From Pseudothermotoga sp. (GTDB lineage: Bacteria; Thermotogota; Thermotogae; Thermotogales; DSM-5069): 64,000 nt of DNA. Where the stretch lies: the NCBI GenBank assembly GCA_041640575.1, contig JBEPZZ010000003.1, positions 1-64,000 of the forward strand, written 5' to 3'. Below, in pieces: positions 40,827-49,555 of this stretch (its first letter is position 1; each line of letters starts with the position of its first letter). The notes beneath the pieces were generated by a model. That model was given only the letters and a program-made list of their open reading frames with translations, made no database searches and was not told the DNA's origin. The position numbers and the translations under genes were made by a program.

Positions 40827-42398
40827 TCATTCCTCCTTGATGAGTCTATCAACATTTCTAGCAATTAGTTTCTCGCCAGTTAAAATTTCAATTTCTACGT
40901 CCTTCAAAATGATCTCTTCCACATTTTTCATCCACATACCCTGTTGGCAAATGGTTTCAGCTCCATCAAACATTTCCGGCTTGAAAGGTTCACAATTTTG
41001 AGAGATCTCGAATCTCACTTTTTCCAGATTGATTCTCTTTACTTTTCTTTCAGGTAATCCATACACGAATGTAGCCATTGATTTTATGTTTTTACAGCTA
41101 ACGTTCTTAATTGAAACAGTTCCTATGTAAGGTGTCCTATCGTCAACTGCGGCGTCAACTTTATCTGAAGAGTACGACGGGTCATAGTCAGAACCGCAAT
41201 TGTAGAAGCAATTGATTGTAATCGGTACGAACACACCATCCATTTGAACATTCTCAAGACTTATTTCGTCCACATAACCTCCTCTTCCTCGTCTTGTTTT
41301 TATCCTTAAGCCTCTGTCCGTGTTTACAAAAAGGCAGTTACTTATTCTTATGTTTTTTATGCCCGATGACATCTCACTACCTATGACGACACCACCATGT
41401 CCATGCTTCATAAAACAGTTTCGAACTTCAATATCCTGAGAAGGAACGCCAAATTTCTTGCTAGTCTCGTATCTGCCTGATTTTATCGCAACGCAGTCGT
41501 CTCCGACGGATATCTCGCATCCGGCTATTAGAATATTCTTACAGGATTCGGGATTTATACCATCAGTGTTTGGCGAATTTGAGGGATTTTCAATCTTTAG
41601 TGTGAGCAGTTTTACGTTTTCACAGAACAGAAGATGAACTGTCCAAGAAGGTGAATTTTTGATAGTTATACCTTCGATCAATATGTTTTTGCATCCGTTT
41701 AGAAAAATAGTTCTTGGTCTCCATGCCGATGATTTCATTTTCGCGTTGAACCACCATGTATCAAATCTTGCATTAGCGTCAATAACTCCCTGACCTGTTA
41801 TTCGTACGTTTTCAACGTTGATTCCCGTTATTAGGCTTGCAAAACTTTCGGCAGGTTCACCTTCCCATGAGGAAAGGTAGAAATCACCGTATTTGGAGTA
41901 CAACAATCCTGGGAGAATGGGGTACAGACTTCTTTCCGGTGCACCAAGTAGGACTGCATCCCTATGTATTTCAATGTTTATGTTGCTCTTCAAAAATATT
42001 GGGGTCAGCAAATAAGTACCACTAGGGAAAATAACTGTACCACCTTCGGGGCAAGATGAAATTGCGGCTTGAACCGCAAATGTGTCTAGGGTTCGACCAT
42101 CACCTTTTGCGCCAAAATCTTTGACATTTACGGCGAAACCCTCTGGTTCAGTTTCAAACGATAGCCGCACATTTTTATTGGTTGGACCGTCGCAGATTTC
42201 AACAAGATATCTTTTTTCTGACTCTAGACCACAAATTGTTACAACATTTCTTCGAGTTCTTCCAAAGTTTTCGTTGTTAACGAAAATCTCGTACTGATAA
42301 GGCACAATGTAACAATATTCGTTAATTAGTTCGATCGTTGCTGTATGACTGGTCGCTGATAAAACTGCTGCTTGCAATCTTATACGCTCCCTTCTCAA
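40827..42398 (-). CDS. GH28 (exo)polygalacturonase with N-terminal FN3-like extension
   Basis: GH28 motifs SPNTDG, GDDC, GHGG..IGSE and RIKT; FGAKGDG; about 85 extra N-terminal residues; no signal peptide. Confidence 0.9.
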   Translation of the reverse strand: MRRERIRLQAAVLSATSHTATIELINEYCYIVPYQYEIFVNNENFGRTRRNVVTICGLESEKRYLVEICDGPTNKNVRLSFETEPEGFAVNVKDFGAKGDGRTLDTFAVQAAISSCPEGGTVIFPSGTYLLTPIFLKSNINIEIHRDAVLLGAPERSLYPILPGLLYSKYGDFYLSSWEGEPAESFASLITGINVENVRITGQGVIDANARFDTWWFNAKMKSSAWRPRTIFLNGCKNILIEGITIKNSPSWTVHLLFCENVKLLTLKIENPSNSPNTDGINPESCKNILIAGCEISVGDDCVAIKSGRYETSKKFGVPSQDIEVRNCFMKHGHGGVVIGSEMSSGIKNIRISNCLFVNTDRGLRIKTRRGRGGYVDEISLENVQMDGVFVPITINCFYNCGSDYDPSYSSDKVDAAVDDRTPYIGTVSIKNVSCKNIKSMATFVYGLPERKVKRINLEKVRFEISQNCEPFKPEMFDGAETICQQGMWMKNVEEIILKDVEIEILTGEKLIARNVDRLIKEE

Positions 42399-43327
42399 CC
42401 TTTCAAACCAGTTGTTGAAACGCCTTCAACAAAGTATCTTTGGGCGGCGAAGAAAATCACTATTGACGGCAACAGCGATATAAGCGACATGGCAATTATC
42501 ACGTTCCATTCAAAATTTCCAGTTGTTGTGTCCATGGCCATTCTTAAGGCAATCTGTACAGGATATTTTTCTACGCTTGATATGTAAATGAGCGGGCCTA
42601 GGAAATCGTTCATAGACCACATGAACTGGAACAATGCTACGGAAACAACAGCTGGTCTTATATTTGGGACAAGAATCTTGAGAAGAATCTGGAACGAGTT
42701 ACAACCATCTATTAAAGCAGCTTCGTCTAATTCTCTTGGTAAAGTCCTGAAAAACTGAATAAGCATAAAAACAAAGAATGCTTCATTCGCAAAAACAGTA
42801 TGCGCGTAAAGCGGAACATAAGTGTCAAGAAGTTTGAGATTTCTCCAAAGCAAGTAAAGAGGTACAATCTTGACTGCCCATGGAAGAAACAGGGTAGCTA
42901 TTAACAAACCAAATAAAAATTTTTTCAGTGGAAAGCTAAATCTTGCGAATCCATAAGCTACTATCACAGAAGATATGACCGTAAAGACAACCTTTGGTAT
43001 AACGTATTTGAAAGTATTCAGAAAATAGTGAGCAAAAGTGTATTGAGTGCCAGTTTTCCATCCAGCCACGTAAGGTGCGAAATCTATTCGTTTTGGGACA
43101 AACCATACGGAGGTAAAGATCTCTGCGTTCGTCTTGAAAGACGCACCGATCAACCAAAGCATTGGATAGGCCATGAGAAATGCCCCAAGCGAGAGAATCA
43201 TGTATCTCATAACTAAATCCATTATTTTTCTGCGTTTTGCCCTTTTCAGGATCTCAAGATTCAGCAGTTTTGTATCGGTGATGTCAGCGATGTGCTGATT
43301 ATTTGATCCGAAATTGCGATTCGTCAT
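42395..43327 (-). CDS. togN: Oligogalacturonide ABC transporter permease (CUT1, MalG-like)
   Basis: AYGFAR..F, EAA..DG loop and W.MNDFLGPLIY; operon context. Confidence 0.8.
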   Translation of the reverse strand: MTNRNFGSNNQHIADITDTKLLNLEILKRAKRRKIMDLVMRYMILSLGAFLMAYPMLWLIGASFKTNAEIFTSVWFVPKRIDFAPYVAGWKTGTQYTFAHYFLNTFKYVIPKVVFTVISSVIVAYGFARFSFPLKKFLFGLLIATLFLPWAVKIVPLYLLWRNLKLLDTYVPLYAHTVFANEAFFVFMLIQFFRTLPRELDEAALIDGCNSFQILLKILVPNIRPAVVSVALFQFMWSMNDFLGPLIYISSVEKYPVQIALRMAMDTTTGNFEWNVIIAMSLISLLPSIVIFFAAQRYFVEGVSTTGLKG

Positions 43328-43341
43328 ACTTTCACACTCCC

Positions 43342-44211
43342 TTAGGAAGTGTAGTAAACCCAGTACTTAGATGATCTGAAAATAATGGCCGTGAATATCA
43401 TAGTAACGAGAAATAGAAACCAAGAGAGGGCACACGCATATCCCATGTCAAAGTATCTGAAGGCACTGTTGTAGATCATCATTGAGAACAGATATGTTCT
43501 GTACAGTGGGCCTCCACCCGTTATCATGAAAGGTGCGTTGAATTCCTGAAACGCATGAATCAGTCCCATCACAAGGTTGAAAAAGATGACCGGCGATAAC
43601 AATGGGAGAGTTATCTTCCAAAACACTTGGTTTTTATTTGCACCATCTACCATTGCCGCTTCGTAGTACTCTTTCGGTATATCACGAAGTCCTGCTAGAA
43701 ATATGACCATTGCTGATCCAAATTGCCAAACTCTGAGGGTGCTTATTGCTGTAAGAGCCCCCCACTCTGTCGCGAACCACATTACAGGTTTTAAGCCAAT
43801 GATCTTGAGAAACTGATTGATCAACCCATTATACTGAAATAAAAACCTCCAAAGCACAGCGATTGCTATATTTCCACCTAGTATTGAAGGAATGTAATAA
43901 ATTGTTCGATAGAAATTAATACCTTTCAAACTACTGTTGAGAACTAATGCTATCAATAATGCAAAAGCTAGTCTCGTGGGAACGGAGAGCACGACAAACT
44001 TGAGTGTAGCAGACAAGGACACCCAGAACAGTCTATCCTGAAACATTTTTATATAATTGGCAAAACCGACGAATTTTGGCTCATAGATGATCTTATAATC
44101 GGTGAAACCGAGTATGAAGGAAGCTACAAAAGGATAGATTGTAAAAACAATCGTTCCAATGATCCAAGGTGAAATGTAAATCAATCCTAGATAACTTTTC
44201 TTAATTTTCAT
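43342..44211 (-). CDS. togM: Oligogalacturonide ABC transporter permease (CUT1, MalF-like)
   Basis: YISPWIIG, RT.YYIPSILGG, WQFGSAMVIFLAGL and YEAA.VDGA. Confidence 0.82.
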   Translation of the reverse strand: MKIKKSYLGLIYISPWIIGTIVFTIYPFVASFILGFTDYKIIYEPKFVGFANYIKMFQDRLFWVSLSATLKFVVLSVPTRLAFALLIALVLNSSLKGINFYRTIYYIPSILGGNIAIAVLWRFLFQYNGLINQFLKIIGLKPVMWFATEWGALTAISTLRVWQFGSAMVIFLAGLRDIPKEYYEAAMVDGANKNQVFWKITLPLLSPVIFFNLVMGLIHAFQEFNAPFMITGGGPLYRTYLFSMMIYNSAFRYFDMGYACALSWFLFLVTMIFTAIIFRSSKYWVYYTS

Positions 44212-44241
44212 TTGTAAAGCATCATCCTTTCATTAATTTCA

Positions 44242-44264
44242 AGGGGCTGCACATAGCAGCCCCT
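44242..44264 (-). terminator. Intercistronic hairpin after togB (partial terminator or mRNA stabiliser)
   Basis: AGGGGCTGC-5 nt-GCAGCCCCT perfect 9-bp stem between the binding-protein and permease genes. Confidence 0.65.
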
Positions 44265-44282
44265 AAGTCCTTTTGAGACGGA

Positions 44283-45557
44283 CTATTTCACGATTTCTCT
44301 GAGAATTTCTTGAACTCTCCTATACATTTCCTTCGCAGCTTTATCAACTGTTAATGTGCCGTAAGAGATACTATCAATTATTTCTCTGTAAAGCGCTTGC
44401 AACTTTGCATCTTCAAAATATGGACTTAACGAAAACTTCGTTGGATTTGATTTGAGCAATTCCAAACCGTCAACCTCAAGCCCGGCGAGCATACCAGCTT
44501 CTTGAAGAGCTTTGAGAGCAGCATTGCTTGCAGGAACACCCCTGGTCAAACCAAGTGCTTTTGCAGCTTCGGGATCATTCAAAAGGAAGTTTAGAAACAG
44601 TGCGGCTTCCTTTGGATACTTGGTATCTTTGTTTATGGCAAATAGCATAGAAGGTTTGAAGAGTATACCGGAGTCTTTCGAATCTGGGCCTACAAGAATA
44701 CCACCAAGAACTAAGTCCATTCCCTTTTGTTTCAAAGGTGTAGCGCTCTTTCCAACTGCACTTGTCCACTCGTACAAACCAGCAAACTTTCCATTCAAGA
44801 AGCTTGGAAGCTGTGCGATGGGAACATCTCCAGTCCCGCCTTCTGCAGCTATATCTTGAATCCTAGGAGTCACCTTGGAATCAATCATTTTCTTGTAGAA
44901 TCCGAGTGCCACTTTTAAATCTTCTTCTGTCCAAATCAATTTTCCATCGGTACTGAGGAACGGTTTGTTGAGGACTTGTGTGGCATAAAGTACAGATATC
45001 AACCAACCATCGTATGAACCAGCAATTATTGGGTAGTAACCTTGAGGAAATTGTTTTGCTGCTGCAAAGAGGCTATCCCAGGTTTTGGGTATTGGTATAC
45101 CAAATTGATCGAAGGTTGTCCTGTTAAACCAAAAAACCCGACCAGTGAGTGAAACAGGTATACCGTTCAGCTTCCCGTTGATAGTAGCAAGGTCAAGAAT
45201 TTCTTTGGAGTAGTTTGAAAGGTCGATGATATCAGCAAGTTTGTACAAATCGTAGAAGCCAGTTCCGTCTTTTGAAAAAACTGGTAACCAAGGCCAGTTG
45301 ATTTGCATCACATCTGCCGCAGTGCCACCGGCAAGTTGAATCGTTTGCTTCTCATAATACCCGCTCCAACCAGCGTACTCAGCCTTAATTTGAATGTGTG
45401 GATACTTACGTTGGAACAGTTCGATAGCTTTAAGCGTTGCAGTGTGCCTGGTATCATCACCCCACCAGGAAAACCTAAGTGTGATAGTTTGTTGAGCGAA
45501 AACCGCCAAAGCTACTACATGAAGCAATACTAAAGTGACAAAAAATCTCCATTTCAC
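44283..45557 (-). CDS. togB: Oligogalacturonide-binding protein
   Basis: LRFSWWG...RH..TLKA, KAEY.GW.G, DVMQ.NW.WLP.FSKDGTGFY.L, KPSML.AI and RGVP closely recall TogB. Signal peptide from GTG 45557 after GGGAGG. Confidence 0.85.
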   Translation of the reverse strand: MKWRFFVTLVLLHVVALAVFAQQTITLRFSWWGDDTRHTATLKAIELFQRKYPHIQIKAEYAGWSGYYEKQTIQLAGGTAADVMQINWPWLPVFSKDGTGFYDLYKLADIIDLSNYSKEILDLATINGKLNGIPVSLTGRVFWFNRTTFDQFGIPIPKTWDSLFAAAKQFPQGYYPIIAGSYDGWLISVLYATQVLNKPFLSTDGKLIWTEEDLKVALGFYKKMIDSKVTPRIQDIAAEGGTGDVPIAQLPSFLNGKFAGLYEWTSAVGKSATPLKQKGMDLVLGGILVGPDSKDSGILFKPSMLFAINKDTKYPKEAALFLNFLLNDPEAAKALGLTRGVPASNAALKALQEAGMLAGLEVDGLELLKSNPTKFSLSPYFEDAKLQALYREIIDSISYGTLTVDKAAKEMYRRVQEILREIVK

Positions 45558-45641
45558 CTCAATCCCTCCCCGTAAAGTAAGAGTTTTTTCAGATTGTTTA
45601 ACCATTAGATAAAAGCATTTCCACCGCATATACCAACACGA

Positions 45642-45670
45642 ATTATATTACTTGTAACAATCAGTGTCAA
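45642..45670 (-). promoter_or_regulatory. Consensus sigmaA promoter of the tog/pectin operon
   Basis: Minus strand TTGACA (45670-45665), 17 bp, TATAAT (45647-45642). Confidence 0.75.
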
Positions 45671-45766
45671 CTCTTCAGGTTTTTGAAACATACGTAACTA
45701 TTAAGCATGAAAGGCAAAAAAGGTATTTTGAGACAATAAAATACGGGGAATTCTTTATTCGAAGTG

Positions 45767-45842
45767 TGGAGGCGACGGTGGGATTCGAACCCACGAATAG
45801 GGATTTTGCAGACCCCCGCCTTAACCGCTTGGCTACGTCGCC
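45767..45842 (-). tRNA. tRNA-Cys (GCA)
   Basis: GGCGACG acceptor stem, anticodon arm GGGGT-CTGCAAA-ATCCC, GGTTCGAATCC, U73 discriminator and encoded CCA. Confidence 0.96.
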
Positions 45843-45937
45843 TTGCAAAAGTATTTTATCATGATTTTTCAGCTAGTGCAAGTCAATCATCCACTTGACT
45901 TAAACTAAAAGGTGTTATAAGATTTGCAAAGATACGG

Positions 45938-45971
45938 TTCCTTTAATTTGCCCCGGTGAGGGCAGGAAGGA
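45938..45971 (+). promoter_or_regulatory. PyrR-binding RNA hairpin in the uraA leader, overlapping the Shine-Dalgarno
   Basis: TTCCTT-TAATT-TGCCC-CGGTGA-GGGCA-GGAAGGA contains the CTTTAA bulge and CNGNGA hexaloop. Candidate promoter TTGACT (45895-45900), 17 bp, TAAGAT upstream. Confidence 0.75.
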
Positions 45972-45980
45972 GGATTAAAA

Positions 45981-47189
45981 ATGGTTGAGAAAGAACTTAT
46001 GATTGCAGAAGAACGAGCATTCGGTGTGAAGTTTGCTACGCTCTCATTTCAGCACTTCGTTGCCATGTTTGGAGCCACAGTTCTTGTTCCTCTTTTGACT
46101 GGGTTAGATCCATTAGTTGCACTCTTTTCGGCGGGACTTGGAACAATTGTTTTTCACGTATGTACTTCTGGTGTTGTTCCGGTGTTTCTTGGTTCAAGTT
46201 TTGCCTTCATAGCTCCGGTGCTTTTGGTGAAGGAAAAATTTGGAGATATCCGTTATGCCACTGGAGGTATAGTTGCAGCGGGCCTGGTTTACCTGTTCTT
46301 TGCGTTTCTTGTTTGGGTTGTTGGCCTGGAAAGAATTAAGAAATTGTTCCCACCAATTGTGACTGGGCCAATAATTGTTTTGATCGGTCTGACGCTGAGT
46401 CCGGTTGCAATTCAGATGGCAAGTACTCATTGGTTCACTGCGGTTGTTGTCGTAACAACTGTAGTTGTTGCTTCTGCTATTCTGAAAGGTTTTTGGAACT
46501 TGATCCCAGTCTTGATTGGAGTGCTCGTTGGATATGCTGTCTCTGCGCTTACAGGACAAATCGATTTTTCGCCTATTAGACAAGTAAGCTGGTTCAGTGT
46601 TCCAAAGTTTTCATTTCCTCTTTTCAATTGGTCTGCTGTTGCAATGATAGCACCCGTGGCAATAGCTACATTCATGGAGCACATAGGTGACATTACAACA
46701 AATGGTGCAGTTGTAGGCAAGAACTTTTTTGAATATCCTGGTTTGCATAGAACTTTGATTGGTGACGGCCTTGCCACTGCCGTAGCAGGTTTGATTGGTG
46801 GTCCTGCAAACACTACTTATAGCGAAAACACAGGTGTTCTTGCTCTTACCAAGGTGTATGACCCTCGAGTTCTCAGAGGAGCGGCTTTTTTAGCGATCGT
46901 TGCTTCTTTTGTTTCAAAGTTTGGCGCAGTGCTTCAGACGATTCCATCTTCTGTGATCGGCGGCATTAGTCTTATATTGTTCGGGATGATAGCCTCTGTT
47001 GGAATCAGGACCCTAGTAAATGCCAGAGTTGATTTCTCTAAGGCAAAGAATTTGCTTGTTGCTTCTCTCATTTTGACTATTGGTTTGGGTGGCGCAACAC
47101 TGAGAATTGGTCCAGTAGAATTGAAAGGCATAAGCCTTGCTGCTATAGTTGGAATATTAGCAAATATTCTGATTCCAGATAGAGTCTAA
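45981..47189 (+). CDS. uraA: Uracil permease (NCS2 family)
   Basis: QHFVAMFGATVLVP, LGSSFAFI, FPP.VTGP, EHIGD and TTY.EN.GVLA.T. Confidence 0.93.
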   Translation: MVEKELMIAEERAFGVKFATLSFQHFVAMFGATVLVPLLTGLDPLVALFSAGLGTIVFHVCTSGVVPVFLGSSFAFIAPVLLVKEKFGDIRYATGGIVAAGLVYLFFAFLVWVVGLERIKKLFPPIVTGPIIVLIGLTLSPVAIQMASTHWFTAVVVVTTVVVASAILKGFWNLIPVLIGVLVGYAVSALTGQIDFSPIRQVSWFSVPKFSFPLFNWSAVAMIAPVAIATFMEHIGDITTNGAVVGKNFFEYPGLHRTLIGDGLATAVAGLIGGPANTTYSENTGVLALTKVYDPRVLRGAAFLAIVASFVSKFGAVLQTIPSSVIGGISLILFGMIASVGIRTLVNARVDFSKAKNLLVASLILTIGLGGATLRIGPVELKGISLAAIVGILANILIPDRV

Positions 47190-47232
47190 AGCATTGATCA
47201 ATTTGGTACAATCAATTTGAGGAGGAAATAAA

Positions 47233-47820
47233 CTGAATATCAAAAGAGTTTTAATAAGTGTCTGGGACAAAACAGGCATAGTGAATTTTGCAAAAGCCTT
47301 GAGTAGCATAGGTGTTGAACTTATAGCTACTCAAGGCACCGCATCTTTTTTGGCAGATCACGGCATTCTTGTCAAATCCATTAATGAATTCACAAACTCC
47401 GCCGACTTGCTAGACGGTTTGATAAAAACGATACATCCAAAGATTTTTGCTGCAGTTTTGGCAAAATCAACAGAGGACCATTTTGCACAACTTAGAGAAC
47501 TTGGCATGCAACCAATCGACATGGTTGTTGTAAACCTAAGACCAGTTGATTATAAAGCAACAACTGACGAAAAAGCCTTGCTTGAGAACATTGATATCGG
47601 TGGAGTAGCATTGCTAAGAGCTGCGGCAAAGAATTACAGAAATGTTGTCCCGGTTTGTGATTATGCTGATTTTCAGGAAATTCTTGATTCAGTGGACAAA
47701 TGTGGGGATGTAACTCTGTATCTAAGAAGAAAGTTATGCATCAAGGCTTTGAAGAAATGTGCGGAATACGACCTGCATGTCAGCGAAATTCTTTCACAAC
47801 TTTTTGCCATCGAAATGTGA
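47233..47820 (+). CDS. purH: Stand-alone IMP cyclohydrolase (MGS-like) domain of PurH, probable CTG start
   Basis: In-frame extension CTG-NIKRVLISVWDKTGI matches the PurH N-terminus; also AT.GTA, KT.HP.I, IDMVVVNL and ENIDIGG..LLRAAAKN. It stops at about 195 aa, with no transformylase domain. Confidence 0.8.
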   Translation: MNIKRVLISVWDKTGIVNFAKALSSIGVELIATQGTASFLADHGILVKSINEFTNSADLLDGLIKTIHPKIFAAVLAKSTEDHFAQLRELGMQPIDMVVVNLRPVDYKATTDEKALLENIDIGGVALLRAAAKNYRNVVPVCDYADFQEILDSVDKCGDVTLYLRRKLCIKALKKCAEYDLHVSEILSQLFAIEM

Positions 47821-47824
47821 ACGT

Positions 47825-48475
47825 ATGTCAGTCATAGCGACATGCCTTAAGAGATTTGTTCTGGAATTCTTTCCAAATTTGTGCCCACTCTGTGGAAGAA
47901 ATATCAGAATGGGAGAATTAATATGCTCTCCATGCCGAAGTGAGATAGATAAAAGTGGACTTTCAATCCGCTATGAAACTAATGATTTTGTTGCATACTT
48001 TTATGGCAGATATGATTCAAAATTGCGTGATCTGATACTTGCTTATAAGGATGGAAAGCACTGGAGATTATCAAACATAGTTGCCTTATTGCTGGCTAAA
48101 CTTATTCTCCGTTATCCTACTTCTGCGCAATTAATCACATGGGTGCCTTCAAACCGTATTGCCTCTGAGGAACGTGGTTTCGAAACTATGCAACTTGTTG
48201 CACGAAAATTGTCAAAAATTTTAGATATCCCTTCAAAGAAATTGTTGGAAACAAAAGCAAGATTCAGTTGCTACAGCTTGCCGGGAAAAGATAGGTCTAA
48301 GTTGATCACTGGTATGATATATTCGGTTAATCACGTGAAAGGTGATATTATTTTGATTGACGATGTTTTTAGTACTGGAACAACCGTCGAAGAATGTGTA
48401 ACGATTTTGAAATCTTTAGGAGCCAAGAACATAACAGTTTACTGCTTAGCACTCGCAGATGAGAGTATGAGGTGA
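47825..48475 (+). CDS. comF: ComF-family protein (zinc finger + PRTase)
   Basis: FP..CPLC...IC..C, RGF and PRPP-binding ILIDDVFSTG.T. The likely start is ATG 47825. Confidence 0.85.
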   Translation: MSVIATCLKRFVLEFFPNLCPLCGRNIRMGELICSPCRSEIDKSGLSIRYETNDFVAYFYGRYDSKLRDLILAYKDGKHWRLSNIVALLLAKLILRYPTSAQLITWVPSNRIASEERGFETMQLVARKLSKILDIPSKKLLETKARFSCYSLPGKDRSKLITGMIYSVNHVKGDIILIDDVFSTGTTVEECVTILKSLGAKNITVYCLALADESMR

Positions 48476-48505
48476 ATCTTAAAATCTGATTAGGAGGTGT
48501 GAGAT

Positions 48506-49543
48506 TTGGTTACATATGTACTTAGACGTCTTCTGCTTTTACCACTTATACTTTTTGGAATATCGCTGATTGTTTTCGGAATGATTCAAAGCCTTGGTCC
48601 CGACAGATTACTCGCGGCTTACGTAAATCCTGGCATGCTGGATAAGCTTACCCCTCAGCAGCTTGAAAAGATTAAGGCAAAATACGGTTTGAACGATCCA
48701 ATGATAACCAGGTACCTAAAATGGCTGAAGAACACTGTGACGGGTGATCTTGGTTGGTCAGTAGTTGGGAAAGAACCAGTCAAAGATGCTATACTGAAAA
48801 GGCTTCCATGGACTGTTGAACTAGCTTTGTATTCGATCATCCCGGTTGTTTTTGTTGGTGTTTGGCTTGGAGTGGTCGCTGCAGTCAATCGAGATAAATT
48901 TGTTGATCATTTTGTCCGAATTTTTGCCGTTGTAGGTTGGAGTTTCCCAGATTTTGTCTTTGGGTTAATAGTTTTAATGGTGTTTTACAGTGTGCTTGGA
49001 TGGCTTCCACCTGGAAATTTGAGCTTCTGGGCGGATCAAGCCGTCAAATCTCCAGAATTCAAGCGCATAACTTCTCTTATCACAATAGATGCGCTTTTAA
49101 ATGGTAGATTTGACATCTTTGTAGATGCTCTCAGACACATGATTGGGCCAATTCTAACACTGTCCTGGTTGTGGTGGGCCTATCTTTTGAGAATCACGCG
49201 ATCAAGTATGCTCGAAGTTTTAACAAAGGAATACATTAGAACGGCGCGGGCTAAGGGACTTTCAGAGCGTGTGATAATTAACAAACATGCCCAAAGGAAT
49301 GCCATGATTCCAGTTCTAACCGTTGGTGGTGCAATGGTTATACAGTTGTTTGCGGGTACAGTGATCGTGGAAATGGTTTTCAACAGGACTGGAATGGGAA
49401 GCTTCACTGCAACAGCTGCAACGCAGCTTGATTATGCTTCAATAATGGCGTGTACGCTTTTTTACTCGCTGATATTGGTCTTAGGTAACCTTGTTATTGA
49501 TATTCTGTATGCAGCAGTTGATCCAAGAATTCGCTTAAGCTGA
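48506..49543 (+). CDS. oppB: Peptide/nickel ABC transporter permease (system 1)
   Basis: YVLRRL, GDLG.S, TRSSMLEV...YIRTARAKGL and D.LYA.VDPRI. Confidence 0.9.
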   Translation: MVTYVLRRLLLLPLILFGISLIVFGMIQSLGPDRLLAAYVNPGMLDKLTPQQLEKIKAKYGLNDPMITRYLKWLKNTVTGDLGWSVVGKEPVKDAILKRLPWTVELALYSIIPVVFVGVWLGVVAAVNRDKFVDHFVRIFAVVGWSFPDFVFGLIVLMVFYSVLGWLPPGNLSFWADQAVKSPEFKRITSLITIDALLNGRFDIFVDALRHMIGPILTLSWLWWAYLLRITRSSMLEVLTKEYIRTARAKGLSERVIINKHAQRNAMIPVLTVGGAMVIQLFAGTVIVEMVFNRTGMGSFTATAATQLDYASIMACTLFYSLILVLGNLVIDILYAAVDPRIRLS

Positions 49544-49555
49544 GGAGGATGCATT

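Noticed and set aside
38779..45842. tRNA-Cys-anchored integrative island bounded by att repeats
   Set aside because: There is no convincing copy of the tRNA 3' end at the distal boundary (only a weak GAAGGCG versus GGAGGCG match) and no integrase.
45664..45864. 66-aa plus-strand ORF
   Set aside because: It runs antisense across tRNA-Cys and the tog promoter region.
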